From Rhizaria sp. SCN 62-66 (taxonomy: Eukaryota): 35,383 bases of DNA. Numbering within the stretch: the stretch's first letter is position 1; the number at the start of each line of letters is the position of its first letter. Shown here in pieces: positions 1-11,068 of this stretch. The stretch is from NCBI GenBank assembly GCA_001724265.1, contig MEDY01000319.1, positions 1-35,383 on the forward strand, given 5' to 3'. A model generated the notes under the pieces. It ran no database searches, was not told where the DNA came from, and saw only the letters and a program-made list of their open reading frames with translations. Made by a program: the position numbers and the translations under genes.

Positions 1-358
1 ATGGACTATTTCGCTCGTAGTGAAATAGAAAAGTGCGCACCAAGGCGCGAAAATCGCGGAAAACACGTTTTTTCATAAACCTCTACATCAGGGGTACTAG
101 TATACGTGTAATGAAATACATACTAGTAAAGTACTAAATGTGCTACATACGTACTTATTAGTATGCGTGAATGTGGAGTGTTGGTTCAGCGTGCACGAAG
201 CATAATATAACGACGGTCCTTTCACCGACACAGGTTGCTGCAATACGTGTTTGCTCAAGCGTTTTTGGCGCAAAAATGTAGCGCGGTGACCAGTTGTTGG
301 TGAAACGAAGAGGCAAAAATGAATCGCTTTGAGCGTAAGGGCAGCACAAAAAGGGTGC

Positions 359-367
359 AAAAAAAAA
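359..367 (-). terminator. RNA polymerase III oligo-T terminator of the tRNA
   Basis: Nine A on + (T9 on -), beginning 6 nt past the tRNA 3' end. Confidence 0.75.
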
Positions 368-372
368 GAAGA

Positions 373-443
373 TACGACAGCGGGGAATCGAACCCCGGCT
401 AACGCCTTGGAAGGGCGTGATACTACCATTATATTACTGTCGT
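373..443 (-). tRNA. trnG-UCC: tRNA-Gly, anticodon TCC
   Basis: The reverse complement folds as a cloverleaf: acceptor ACGACAG/CTGTCGT plus discriminator A, D-stem ATAT/GTAT with a GG loop, anticodon arm ACGCC-CTTCCAA-GGCGT, 4-nt variable loop, T-arm CGGGG-TTCGATT-CCCCG. No encoded CCA; followed by an oligo-T run. Confidence 0.93.
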
Positions 444-1073
444 TTTGCTTTCGAGAAGCGCGTTCTGATGCTCAAAAATCGAAAATTACAATATAAATTT
501 CTTAATAATATTAAAAATACTCTATCATGTCACCAAGTAAGCTTAACTACTAAGGACCTTGCAGCAGAACTATTTCAAAAACAAAACACAACTTCTTCAA
601 TTTCTTTAAAGAAAACAGACAGTTCTGAATCTGCTCTTGGTTTACGTAAGGTCTTGGCGCATCATGTTATTATACTTAGTAATGCATGTACACGTGCTAG
701 TACTGTACTAGTACTAAAGTACTAGTATCTTGGTGTAACTCTTTAGGCGTAAAGGTCGCAAGAGCCTGTGTGGACGAGGAAAGGTTGACAACTCTCCTTA
801 AAATAGTTAACAACAGCAAGTGTACCTGCACTAACAGCAACAGCCACATGCAACTTGATCGTATGCAGCAGGGCTCATCGTTGCAATACAAAAAGGTCAG
901 CAACGTTGAATCTGATTTCCGCTTTGCCGCAGAATATCACATGGCTATTCGAGTGTTAACAAAATTTGAGTTGAAATTAAAGTTAAAAGGACATAATTGT
1001 TAGCAGGGCAATGTTATTTTTTCTTGCCCTTTCAAATATACGAAGTTATCGAGTGACTTGATTAATTACACTC

Positions 1074-1187
1074 TCACTGTTACCGTGGTGACAGTGACCT
1101 GTGGCTGGTGATCCGACCCGAACACACAAACTGGTCAAGTAGTCGTGAGCTACAAAGTTCGTTGTTTGGGATGCGGTTACTCTTTTT
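1074..1187 (+). ncRNA. Candidate structured RNA (two hairpins plus T5) upstream of sulfite oxidase
   Basis: Hairpin TCACTGTTAC/GTGACAGTGA (1074-1097) and a long interrupted hairpin 1107-1181. G-U pairs favour the + strand. T5 at 1183-1187. No family recognised. Confidence 0.3.
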
Positions 1188-1324
1188 CGATATATTGAGT
1201 TAGGGTTTTTACGATATCTATTTTATACAGACTAAAGTCTTCTATTGCATTCTTTATTTTCTCTTTCTGTTCAGCCACTTCTCGGCCCGAAGCTCGCGCG
1301 ACACCTGCGTCTTTGCCGCCTGCC

Positions 1325-3373
1325 ATGAAGCGTGCTGTCTCTATTGTCACCCGCCGTGGCGTGACTACGTTGTCGACTTCGTTTAAGGCTCTGCAGCAAC
1401 GCCAACACCCTCTCCTGCAGCATGATCCCACGTCACAGACACGTGCTTGTTCCGCCGCCTCCGTCGTTACAGGTGCTGAAGTTGCGTCTTCCTTTCACGC
1501 GTCCCAAACCTCGCTGCTATCTCGCATGTCCTCTGCTTTCTTTCCCAGCATCAAGCACTCTTTTTTAAACGCTCCTGCCCTGAAGTCTCTGTTTAGCCAT
1601 AAGAGCGACAGTCATAACGACAATGCCGGTGCGAACATCAAGGACCAACGGCGCGATGAGATGCTCCCGCTTCTCGCCCTGCTCAGTCTGCTCGCCGCAT
1701 TTCTCGCTTCTCCGCCCATTACAGCGTCTTGCGCCTCACTGCCGAGCTCTGCCTCCGCGGGCCCGACCAACAACAAGGCTCTGTTCGACTCGATTGACCC
1801 GCTGACGGCGTACCCGGGCCTCCCTGTCTACTCCCTCGCCGAAGTCGCCAAGCACACGTCGCCGGAAACGGGCGGGATTTGGATCGCCGCGCACGGCTGC
1901 GTGTACGACGTTACCAACTTTATCTCTGCGCACCCCGGCGGCGACAAGATCCTGCTCGCGCGCGGCGCGTCAGCGGAGCCGTTCTGGGCACTGTACCCGA
2001 TCCACTACGAGTCCAAGCTCGTGCCCAGCATGCTCGACAAGTACCGCATCGGCGTGCTGGCGCCCGAGGACCGCGCGCGCACCAAGGCCGCGGCCGCCGC
2101 GGGCGACCCGTTTGCGCAGGACCCCGAGCGGCACCCCGCGCTGCTGGTGCTCTCGGACAAACCGTTCAACGCGGCGTCGCCCATGGAGCTGCTGATCGAC
2201 AGCTACATCACGCCCGCGCCGCTCTTCTTCACGCGCCATCACCACCCCGTGCCAGTTGTGACCGAGGAGGACTATCGGCTTACGGTCGACTTCGCGCCCG
2301 AGATCCGCAGCAAGCATCCCGAGCTGCCGCCTGCACGAGTCTTCACGCTGGCCGAGCTCAAGGCCGCGTTCCCCCACACCGACGTCATGTCGACCATTGT
2401 GTGCGCGGGCAACCGGCGCAGCGAGCTGTCGGCGATCGAGCCGACGGACGGGCTGGCCTGGCACGACGGCGCGCTGTCGAACGGACTCTGGCGCGGCGCG
2501 CGGCTGCGTGACATTGCGCGCGCAATGGGGATCCAGGACGAAGAGCACGCGCGTAAGACGCTTGGCGTCACGGACGTTGTATTTACAGCGTACGATGACC
2601 CTTTCGACGCCTCGATCCCGGTCGAAAAGGGCGTCTCGTCGACGGGCCACGTGCTGATGGCGTGGGGCATGAACGGCGAGGAGCTCCCGCGTGACCACGG
2701 GTACCCGCTGCGCGTCGTCGTGCCGGGCGCCGTCGGCGTGCGTAACGTCAAGTGGGTCAAAGGCATCACGTTTGCGCCCGAAGAGGCCAAGTCCGTCTGG
2801 CAGCGCGGCGCGCCGTACAAGGGCTTCGCGCCGGGCGTCAAGTCATTCGCCGGCATCGACACCCACAAGATCCCGTCGGTGCAGGCGCTGCCCGTGATGT
2901 CGGCGCTCGTCGTGCCCAAGCCGGGCACCAAGGTCCAGTGCTGGCGGCCCACAGCCCCCGCGGCCTCAGGCGCCAACTCGACTGGTGCTGCTACGGCTGC
3001 TGCGGCTGCTGAGGACCGCTGGGAGGGCAGCATCGAGGCGCGCGGGTGGGCGTACTCCGGTGGCGGCGCCGGCATCGTCCGCGTCGACGTCACGGCCGAC
3101 GACGGGGCCAACTGGACGACGGCGGAGATTACCGACGGGCCGTCGCGCGCCGAGATCGACTCGCGCACGGCGTGGGCGTGGTCGCTGTGGCGCGCAGATG
3201 TCCCGCTGCCGGCCCACGCCAAGCCGGGGGACACGGTCACTGTGGCGGTCAAGGCTGTGGACGGAAACTATAACCAGCAGCCTGAGAGGCCGGACGTCGT
3301 CTGGAATCGCCGTGGTATCCTGAATAACTCGTGGCATAAGGTCAAGGTTGTTGTCTCTGAGGACGATGAGTGA
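1325..3373 (+). CDS. SUOX: Sulfite oxidase, animal-type (cytochrome b5 + Moco + dimerisation domains), probably mitochondrial intermembrane space
   Basis: b5 motif VYDVTNFISAHPGG; Moco-domain motifs KPFNA, FFTR, CAGNRR (Mo-ligating Cys), MNGEELPRDHGYPLRVVVPG, RNVKW; C-terminal GWAYSGGG..IVRVDV, WAWSLW, NQQPE, WNRRG..NNSWH. The N-terminus is basic/hydroxylated followed by hydrophobic LPLLALLSLLAAFLA (bipartite presequence). First ATG is at 1325. Confidence 0.95.
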   Translation: MKRAVSIVTRRGVTTLSTSFKALQQRQHPLLQHDPTSQTRACSAASVVTGAEVASSFHASQTSLLSRMSSAFFPSIKHSFLNAPALKSLFSHKSDSHNDNAGANIKDQRRDEMLPLLALLSLLAAFLASPPITASCASLPSSASAGPTNNKALFDSIDPLTAYPGLPVYSLAEVAKHTSPETGGIWIAAHGCVYDVTNFISAHPGGDKILLARGASAEPFWALYPIHYESKLVPSMLDKYRIGVLAPEDRARTKAAAAAGDPFAQDPERHPALLVLSDKPFNAASPMELLIDSYITPAPLFFTRHHHPVPVVTEEDYRLTVDFAPEIRSKHPELPPARVFTLAELKAAFPHTDVMSTIVCAGNRRSELSAIEPTDGLAWHDGALSNGLWRGARLRDIARAMGIQDEEHARKTLGVTDVVFTAYDDPFDASIPVEKGVSSTGHVLMAWGMNGEELPRDHGYPLRVVVPGAVGVRNVKWVKGITFAPEEAKSVWQRGAPYKGFAPGVKSFAGIDTHKIPSVQALPVMSALVVPKPGTKVQCWRPTAPAASGANSTGAATAAAAAEDRWEGSIEARGWAYSGGGAGIVRVDVTADDGANWTTAEITDGPSRAEIDSRTAWAWSLWRADVPLPAHAKPGDTVTVAVKAVDGNYNQQPERPDVVWNRRGILNNSWHKVKVVVSEDDE

Positions 3374-4026
3374 AGTATTAATACGTGACAGAGACGCAAT
3401 TTCTTATGAAACTCAGAGAGGAAAATACGTTGTTACGGGCAAATATATATCTGAATACGACAATAACATGAAGGTGCTTTACGGGTTAGTTTTCCTTAAC
3501 ATGATAACAAAAGGAAGCTACAAGCATACAAGTACTTCTTCCCCAGAGACTCGTACCACACATCATGATGTTCGAGAGTCGGTTTAGAATGAGACTTAAA
3601 TCATTTTATAAGATCAACGAACACGATGACACACGGTTCATGCCTTATTGCGCGCGTTAGGCCATATTACGATGTGTTCATTCACGTTTTATATCAACAT
3701 TTCGTTTGACATGCGTAAAAAAACGTTAGGAACTAATAACCGAACTGAGTGAGATATAATTTCATGTATTTAATACAAAAAAGTTATTTATAGACGTATG
3801 CACAGTTTCAGCTCAAATAATTACACTTAGCCCTTGTTTTAAGTTCGGAGTATAGTTTTTTTGGCGTGCGTGCAACGGTTCGTGCCTTCCAACGGGTAGG
3901 AAAGAGTAGTCGTTGATGGGTAAAATTTATCGTGAATTAATACTTTATTTCCATCGTGCAGCGTGATTGAAAGCTGGTTTCTAGGAACTTCTTGACGGGA
4001 TTTTTACGTAAACCGTTTCATTCACC

Positions 4027-7000
4027 ATGAATAAGCGTTTGGAGGCTCCTGTGCCCATGGTAATCACGGCACTGGCCCCAGTCGACCACTCTGATGCCAA
4101 GGAAATGCTCTTTTACCAGCGCTTCAATGCTGAAACAAAGCGTCTTGCTGCTGTCAGCCAGAATGACAACGGTGACTGGGTACGTTATTATCTCTTGTGT
4201 GCTTTATACTTTCCTCTGCTGCACATGCGCCTTGCATCCCTCTCTTCTTTATCTGGCAGCTTCGCAGTCATTAAGTTGCTGATGAGTACATTCTTCAAGC
4301 GATTCCACAGCCTTAATGATTTTGCAAGTTTCTGTCAAGATAATACTTGCTTAGAAATTGACACGTCCTATCTAGTTAAGCTGTGCACACTTCCAAAAAA
4401 TCTTTTGTTATTTCACGAAGTCTGTTGCCGCAGTCTTTGGGGAGCAAGCGTGACATGAGTCACTTTCCTTCAACAGATCTTTCATCAAACATTGAACGAC
4501 GTTGCGAAGCCACAGTCGCAGACTAATGTTGTATGGTATCACGCCATCTTACTTTTCTCCTTAAATCTGCAACCTTCCTTATCAAAACTCATTTTTTAGA
4601 AACTTCGGTTCAATGCGGTGACTGCGCTCAATGGGCTTGTCATCGAAGGCACGTCATTTCCTGGCTTTGCAAAGGCCGTCCAGAAGCCTTTGAAGGAGCT
4701 CTCTGGCTGTATCGAGATGCAGATTAGTGACTTGCGCAGCGAGCTTGTGAAGGCGACGTCGCAGTTGATCTCCACTGTGGCCGAGATCTTCACGATCGAC
4801 GCCGTGCCCATGGTCACCGCGCTGCTGCCGGTACTCTTCACTGTCGCTATTTCAACGAACCGCGTCATCCGCGGCTACGCGCAGTCGGCACTGCTTACGG
4901 CGTACCACTCCTGTGAGTCGCGCCACTTGCTCGCGTTCCTGATCACCGAAATGAAGTCGTCCAAGTTCAAGTCCACCAAGGAAGTCGCGATCGAGCTTCT
5001 CGCCATTGCACTCGCTTCGTGGTCGGACCTGGAGCGCAGGCACGCCGCGTCCAGCAAGGGCATCGAGGAGAGCATTACGCTTGGTCTTCGCGGACAGTCG
5101 CCGCAGCTCCGCGCCACCGCAGGCCGCTGCTTTTGGCTCTACAAGCGCGCGTTCCCCGCCGCCGGCGCCAAGTACTTCGCGTCGCTCGACATCAAGGAGC
5201 GCAAGCTCGTCGCCAAGTTCGAGAACCTGGCCTGCATCGACATCGCTCCCACTGAGGATGACACTGCGGCTGCGGGCGTTGACGGCGAAGGCGACGGGCT
5301 TGACCAAAGCACGATTGACCTCGGCGTCGAAGTGGTTGAGGATGAGTCCGCGTCAGTCGCGGTCGTCACCGCAAGTGCGGATCACTTCGACCACGCCGCC
5401 AACAGCCTCGACGCGCACAGCCTCTCGCACAGCGCGGCGCCGGGCGGCCACGCGGAGCTGTCGCTGGCCGATCTCGCGGCGCAGGCGTCGCGCTCCGCGT
5501 CAGCCGTCAAGGAAGCTGGGAGCGGCGCGAAGACAGGCGCGATCGCGAGCAGCCCTGACGGCGAGTCCCCCGCCGCGGAGGGCAAGCAGAGCACTCAGCA
5601 CAGTGTTGGCGACGACGACGACGACGGCCACCGAAACGGCCCCGAGCACCACGAGTCTGCGCCCGCGTTCCCCCACGGCCACGGCCACTGCGGCGGCGGT
5701 GACGGCGATGACCACGACCCGCACGCGTCGACCGCCTCGGCCCCCGGCCTCCCGCTGCCGCTGCCGCTGCCCGCGGCGACCGTGATCACGCTCTCAACCC
5801 CGACGTCGAGCTCGCAGCCGGCGCCCTCGTCGCCGGTCCCCGCGCTGCGCTCGCGCGCACTGAGCGCTCACTCCAGCCCCGCCGCGCGCGCCACGGGCTC
5901 CACGGCGGGCTCGGCCGCGGGCTCGCTCGTCGTGAGCGACGACGCGTTTGACCAGTCGGCGACGGACCGCGTCACCGGCGGGCCCCTCGCGGCCGTGGGC
6001 ACGTTCTCCCCCGTCAAGCTCAGGAGCCAGACGGCGTCGCACGCGGCTTTCTTCAACGCCGCAGTCAACTCCATGATGAGCACGCACGCTACCGCCCTGG
6101 GCACGGGCGCTGCGGCCACGGGCGCGGGATGCGCGGGCACGCCGACGAGCGGCGTGACGTCGCCCGCCATCTCCGCCGCCGCGCCCGGTGCTGTCGGCAG
6201 CATGGGCGCGACGCAGCTGTTCCCGCCCGCGCCCGCCACCGCGAGCGGCAGCGGCAGCGCCGCCCAAGGCCACCCCGACCCCACGCTGCCCAGCCCCTTC
6301 CGCGCCGCCTCGACCGCCGCGACGGGAGCGGCGGCGGCGTCGCGCGCAGGTGCTGCGGCCGCGCGCCCCGGCTCCGCTGTCGCACGCACCACGCGCTCGT
6401 CAGCCTCCGCCTCCGCCGCGCCCGCGACGGCGGCGACCGCAGGCGCGACGGCCGGCGCCGGCGGCAGCATGCGCGCCACGACGCGTTTGTCCGCGACCAC
6501 GCGCTCCCCGGCCGCCACGGCGACGGCCTCGCGCACGCCGGGCTCCAGCAGCGTCACGGCGACGACCGCGGCCTCCCGCTCCCGCCTCAGCGTGCCTGCC
6601 GCTTCCGCCACCGGCGCCTCCGCCGCCGGCGCGGGCGCTGCGGGCGCCGCGTCCCCGCTGCGCCGGTCGACCGCTGCGGCGTCGGCGACGGCCGCGGCAA
6701 CGGGAGGACCTGGCACGCGCCCGCCGTCGCGCCGGCCGTCGCTGGGCGCGCCCGTGAGCGTCACGTCGCGGCTGTCCGCGACCGGCCACCACGAGTCTCC
6801 CGCCGCCGCCGCCGCTGCTGCGACCGCTGGCTCGACACGCGTCGCCCGCGCTCTCGCCGGCTCACCCGCGCGCCCCGCTTCTGCGTCTGCGAAGACGGCT
6901 ACTCACGGCCACGGCACGCCCGCTGCCGCCGGCAAGGCGCCGCAGTCGCTGTTGACCCCCGCCGCGACGGCAGCTGCTGCGGCTCCCGCGGTGACGCCGG

Positions 7001-7401
7001 CCGTCCTATTTCCCGACGGCCCGAGCGAGCGCGACCGCAGCGCGTTCCTGTCCCAGCACGCGAGTTTGGCGCAGAAGCTTGCCTCGGTCATCACCAGCCT
7101 CAGTTTCGCCGAGGAGGGGCTGCCGGCCGCGTCCAGCACCCCCGCCGCGGACGCTTCCGCTGCTGCTACTGCGCCTTCTGCGACCGCCGCGGCGCCAGTT
7201 GCGCTGAGCGGCGGCAAGATGGTTGCGCCGTGCGGGGTTAGCAGCGCGTTCGCGGACCAAATCGCCGTTGCGCTGGCGGGGCTCGCGGAGGACGTAGAGG
7301 CGCTGCGCAAGACCGCGGTGGGAATGCGCGACGCACTCAGAGTGCAGGAGAAGATGCACAAGGAACAGGACTCGTTCCTTGACGCCAATTCGAACTTCTG
7401 A
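4027..7401 (+). CDS. CLASP N-terminal (TOG-like HEAT) domain protein; join(4027..4179,4600..7401), ~984 aa
   Basis: A phase-0 intron 4180-4599 (GTACGT...TTTTTTAG) joins NGDW|KLRFNAVTALNGL, restoring the CLASP-type DW..R start. Also ISDLRSELVK and GLRGQSPQLRATAGRCFW. Followed by a long A/S/T/R-rich disordered region and a helical C-terminus. Confidence 0.8.
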
Positions 7402-8219
7402 GCGGAGCGTGTGTGACCGTGTATTTGTTGGTGTCCGCGTCAGAGAGTCAGTACCTGCAGTACTTGGACTTGATTGCGTCCATCGACACAACAAATCTTT
7501 GGAGAACTTGCCAGCGCGTCGTGTTAAGGGATTGAATAAAAGTGCACGATGACATCAGAGAAAGATGCTTGGACTTTGAACTGGAAAGAAGCGACAAAAT
7601 ATTTATGTTCTCACAAACTATCACAGTGCGTACGGAGCGAAACGTGATAGGAGGAGGATCATGATGAAGATGTGTCAGACATCGTGCTATTTTTGAATGT
7701 TTTTTGTTTTTTTCTTAAAGATAGATGTACATTACTAAGATGTCATCACTGATACACAAGGCCATTTTTCTTTCTCAAAAACAGTATTATTCACTTTCAA
7801 GCATGAAAACTCTCAACAAAGATGATCAATGTATTCATTTTTCAGTGACCCATCAAAGATCACTGATTCAGGAACTTATGTCCACACGATTGATCAGACT
7901 AGATAACAATCAATATAAGTATCAAAAGTATAGAAACAAAAAGAAGTGTCACATCTCTCCCAGTGTACGCATACAAAAAAATTTGGAAGCAATGACTTTC
8001 GCATCGTTAAGTGACAGAGCTTCGTCATGATCAGCATAGCATGCACTTCACACATGATGAATTTGTTAAATGTACTTGCGGTCGCAAGCATAAATGAATG
8101 AGGCGGCGTAGTAGAACGATCAATTTGCGACGAACGCTTTCTTTTTGTTTTCTGAAGCAAAGCGTCGCATTATTTCAACAAAATTGAGCAGATAAAAAGA
8201 AAGTGAAATTTGAGCTGGT

Positions 8220-10448
8220 TCAAGCAAGTTGCGCAACGTCGAAGACGCCGTCATCCCCTTCAGTCGAGGAAACAGGAACAGACGCGGTCCCAGCTCCAGC
8301 CTGAGTCGGCATGTGCTGCATCTCAATGTCGCTAGATTTGTCCTGAAGCGCGTAGCCACTGTGCTTGGCATCGTCCTCGTTGTTGAAGCCCTTGCCCATG
8401 TACCCATTGCTGGTTGAGCTGGTCACCGTGCTCACGTGGTGGCGAGCGCTGTCGCTGTGGAGCTCGCTGTCGCCCCAGTCGCGCACGCCGGCGCGGTCCT
8501 GCGGCCCCAGCACCGCGTCGTAGTCGTCCGCGCCGGCGCTGCTAACGCTCTCGCCGACGCCGACGCCGCTGGCATCTGAGCTGCTGTCCGCGCCCGCACC
8601 TGCGCCCGCACCGGCAAGGGCGGCGGCGGCGGCGGCGGCCGTGGCGGCGGCCTCGCGCTCGCAGACCTTGGCGGCAACCTGGTCCCAGTTGAGGCGCTTG
8701 AGGAAGACGACCATGGTGATGACGACGCCGACCGAGGCCGAAGTGAGCGCGATCCACTGGCCTGGCACGCCCAGCCCCGAGACGCGCTCCGTGGCGGCCG
8801 CGCCGGGGGCGGGGTCCTTGACGGGCCGGTCCCAGTGGCCGGCGTGGAAGGCAAGCACGTAGGCCACAGGCAGCGTGTAGACCCAGTAGGCCGTCACGTT
8901 GATGTAGAAGCCGATGTTCTGCATGCCGGCGCCGCGGAGGATGCCCGACGCCGTGCCCTGGAAGCCGTCGAACATGACGAACAGACTGAGGATGGGCACC
9001 GCACTGGCGACGATGGTGACGACGTCTTTCTCGGACGTGAAGACGTAACCAACGTAGGAGCTCGTCAGCGTCAGGACGAGCGCGATGAGCGCCTGCCCGC
9101 AGAGACAGATCATCAGCGCCGCCATGCCTGCCCAGCGCGCCTGCTTGGGCTTGTTGGCGCCGAACGCGGTGCCGGTGAGCGTGGCGGCGGCGATGCCCAC
9201 GGCCATGGGCACCATGAAAACGAGCCCTGTGAGCGAGATCACAATGCTCTGCGCGGCCAGCGCGGCGGTGCCCAGCTGCGCGGCCACCAGCGTGTGGATC
9301 TCGAAGCCCCACCACTCAGCGCACATCATACCGACGCCCGGGAGCCCGAGCGCGAGGTATTCGCGCCACTCGCGGAAGGCCTCACGAGACCAGCCGCCCC
9401 ACGTCTTCTTGTAGAAGCCCGAGTAGAGCACGTAGCCGAGCATGAGCAGGAGCGCAAAGGTCTGCGAGACGACGGTGGTGACGGCGGCGCCAATGTAGCC
9501 CAGTTCGGCGACGATGATGAGGAGGTAGTTGAGCAGTGGGACTGTGGCGACCGAGATGATGGTGACTACCATGACGGGCTTGGTGTTTCCCTGGCACTGC
9601 AAGTACCGCTGCAGCGCGTTCAAGTACGCCTGCGGCAGCAGCGCGGCCATCATGACGTAGATGAACTTGGCGGCCATCTCCGCGACCTCGGGTTCGATGC
9701 CGACGGCGCTGAGCAGCGGGTGCGAGAAAGACCAGAGGACAATCGTGAGCATGGCCTGCAGCGTCACGATGCATAGCGCGCGCTGCAGCACCACGCCCAC
9801 GCGCTTAAAGTTGCCCGCGCCGTAGGCCTGCGAGGCGAGCGTGTCGATGGTGCCGAGCATGCCGAAGAGGAGCGAGAGCCCTGTGACGTTGCAGAAGAGC
9901 ATCGCGACCGACGACGCGGCGAGCTCGTTCTCGCCCTCGTGCCCGACGAAGATGAGGTTGATGACGGAGACAGCGTTCTGCGCGACAAAGCCGAGCATGA
10001 GCGGGAGCGCGAGAGCGAGCACGCGGCGCGCCTCGACGCGCATGGGGCCTGGGATGATGCTCAGCATCGAGCACGGAGGGTTCGCGTACGCCTCCTCGCA
10101 CGTGTCTGCGGTCGCGTGCTCCGAAGCCGCGCCGGACGCGGCAGCAGCGGCCGAGTCGTCGGTGATAATGGTGACGGATAAACCGTCTGCCACAGGATCC
10201 GTATTGTCGCCATCAATGTGATTGTTTGAGTTCATGTGAGCATTTGTGTTAATCTTAATGTCGTTGTTGCTGTGAAGGGTCAGACCGGAAGTGGGGGAGC
10301 GCGCGTCGAGGGCGTCGAGCGAGGAGTGATCAACCGGACGGAGGCCGATAAAGGAGCTGTTGTGCGTGGGGTGGCGGCGTGGGGGCGTGCTGGTGCCGTC
10401 CGCGACCGTGGCAGCAGCTGTAGCGGAAGGGGCGACGGAGGAAGTCAT
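8220..10448 (-). CDS. MATE family efflux transporter (eukaryotic SLC47/DTX-like)
   Basis: Motifs FVGH.G..ELAA, GMLGTIDTLASQAYGAGN, LQRYLQCQG, MMCAEWWGFEI, FDGFQGTASGILRGAG; about 12 hydrophobic segments; intronless 742-aa ORF. Confidence 0.95.
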   Translation of the reverse strand: MTSSVAPSATAAATVADGTSTPPRRHPTHNSSFIGLRPVDHSSLDALDARSPTSGLTLHSNNDIKINTNAHMNSNNHIDGDNTDPVADGLSVTIITDDSAAAAASGAASEHATADTCEEAYANPPCSMLSIIPGPMRVEARRVLALALPLMLGFVAQNAVSVINLIFVGHEGENELAASSVAMLFCNVTGLSLLFGMLGTIDTLASQAYGAGNFKRVGVVLQRALCIVTLQAMLTIVLWSFSHPLLSAVGIEPEVAEMAAKFIYVMMAALLPQAYLNALQRYLQCQGNTKPVMVVTIISVATVPLLNYLLIIVAELGYIGAAVTTVVSQTFALLLMLGYVLYSGFYKKTWGGWSREAFREWREYLALGLPGVGMMCAEWWGFEIHTLVAAQLGTAALAAQSIVISLTGLVFMVPMAVGIAAATLTGTAFGANKPKQARWAGMAALMICLCGQALIALVLTLTSSYVGYVFTSEKDVVTIVASAVPILSLFVMFDGFQGTASGILRGAGMQNIGFYINVTAYWVYTLPVAYVLAFHAGHWDRPVKDPAPGAAATERVSGLGVPGQWIALTSASVGVVITMVVFLKRLNWDQVAAKVCEREAAATAAAAAAALAGAGAGAGADSSSDASGVGVGESVSSAGADDYDAVLGPQDRAGVRDWGDSELHSDSARHHVSTVTSSTSNGYMGKGFNNEDDAKHSGYALQDKSSDIEMQHMPTQAGAGTASVPVSSTEGDDGVFDVAQLA

Positions 10449-11068
10449 GGAATGGGCTGGAGCGGAGGAAGGAGAGTAGAGCTACGGGATGACACGCGAT
10501 TGAGGGACATCGCCGAGGGAAACGTCAGAGAGTGCGTGAGGGTCGCGAGAGGATTCGCCTTTTCCGTTAAAGCTTGGCATGGAGGGTCAAGCTGTGGGTT
10601 TGAGTCGAGGTTGGAAAAGCGAAAGAGCCGGACGAAAGCGTACACGCAAAAGAAGGACATTGATGGGTTAAGTTCAGTTTTAAAGCGCAGTGCGATAACA
10701 AATAAATTATACAATGTTGAATTCGCATATCTCAACAGAGATTTCGAGTTGACGATGTTACTGGGCGGTTATTCTTGTTTGCAAAAATGACTTGCGGAGA
10801 CGACTTGCCGCGCCGCCTGTGCGAGCGAGGATGCATTTGTGGTTAGATAAGAAATAAACTGAAATATAGGACGAAAACAAGTTTAACAATGATTTTAGTA
10901 GCATTACAAGATACAAGTGTATATATATTTTATTACCTGTACATTTCAAGTCAGATGATTGTTTTAATTGCTCAAATCCAATCGTTTTGTTATTACTGGC
11001 AACATTGTCATGCCAAGTAACGTTGTCATGCTGCGGCAGTTTGCGCACAATGGCAGATTTTTTGAGGT

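Noticed and set aside
770-1003. 77-aa ORF upstream of sulfite oxidase
   Set aside because: GTG start, no motif, no GC3 bias.
1103-1187. Y RNA or vault RNA (starts GGCTGG)
   Set aside because: No complementary 3' CYAGYC closing strand or proper B-box; kept only as an unassigned structure.
4180-4458. C-terminal part of ORF 4027-4458 (likewise 27535-27586 and 23659-23733)
   Set aside because: Read-through into introns; the spliced models restore family motifs or the signal peptide.
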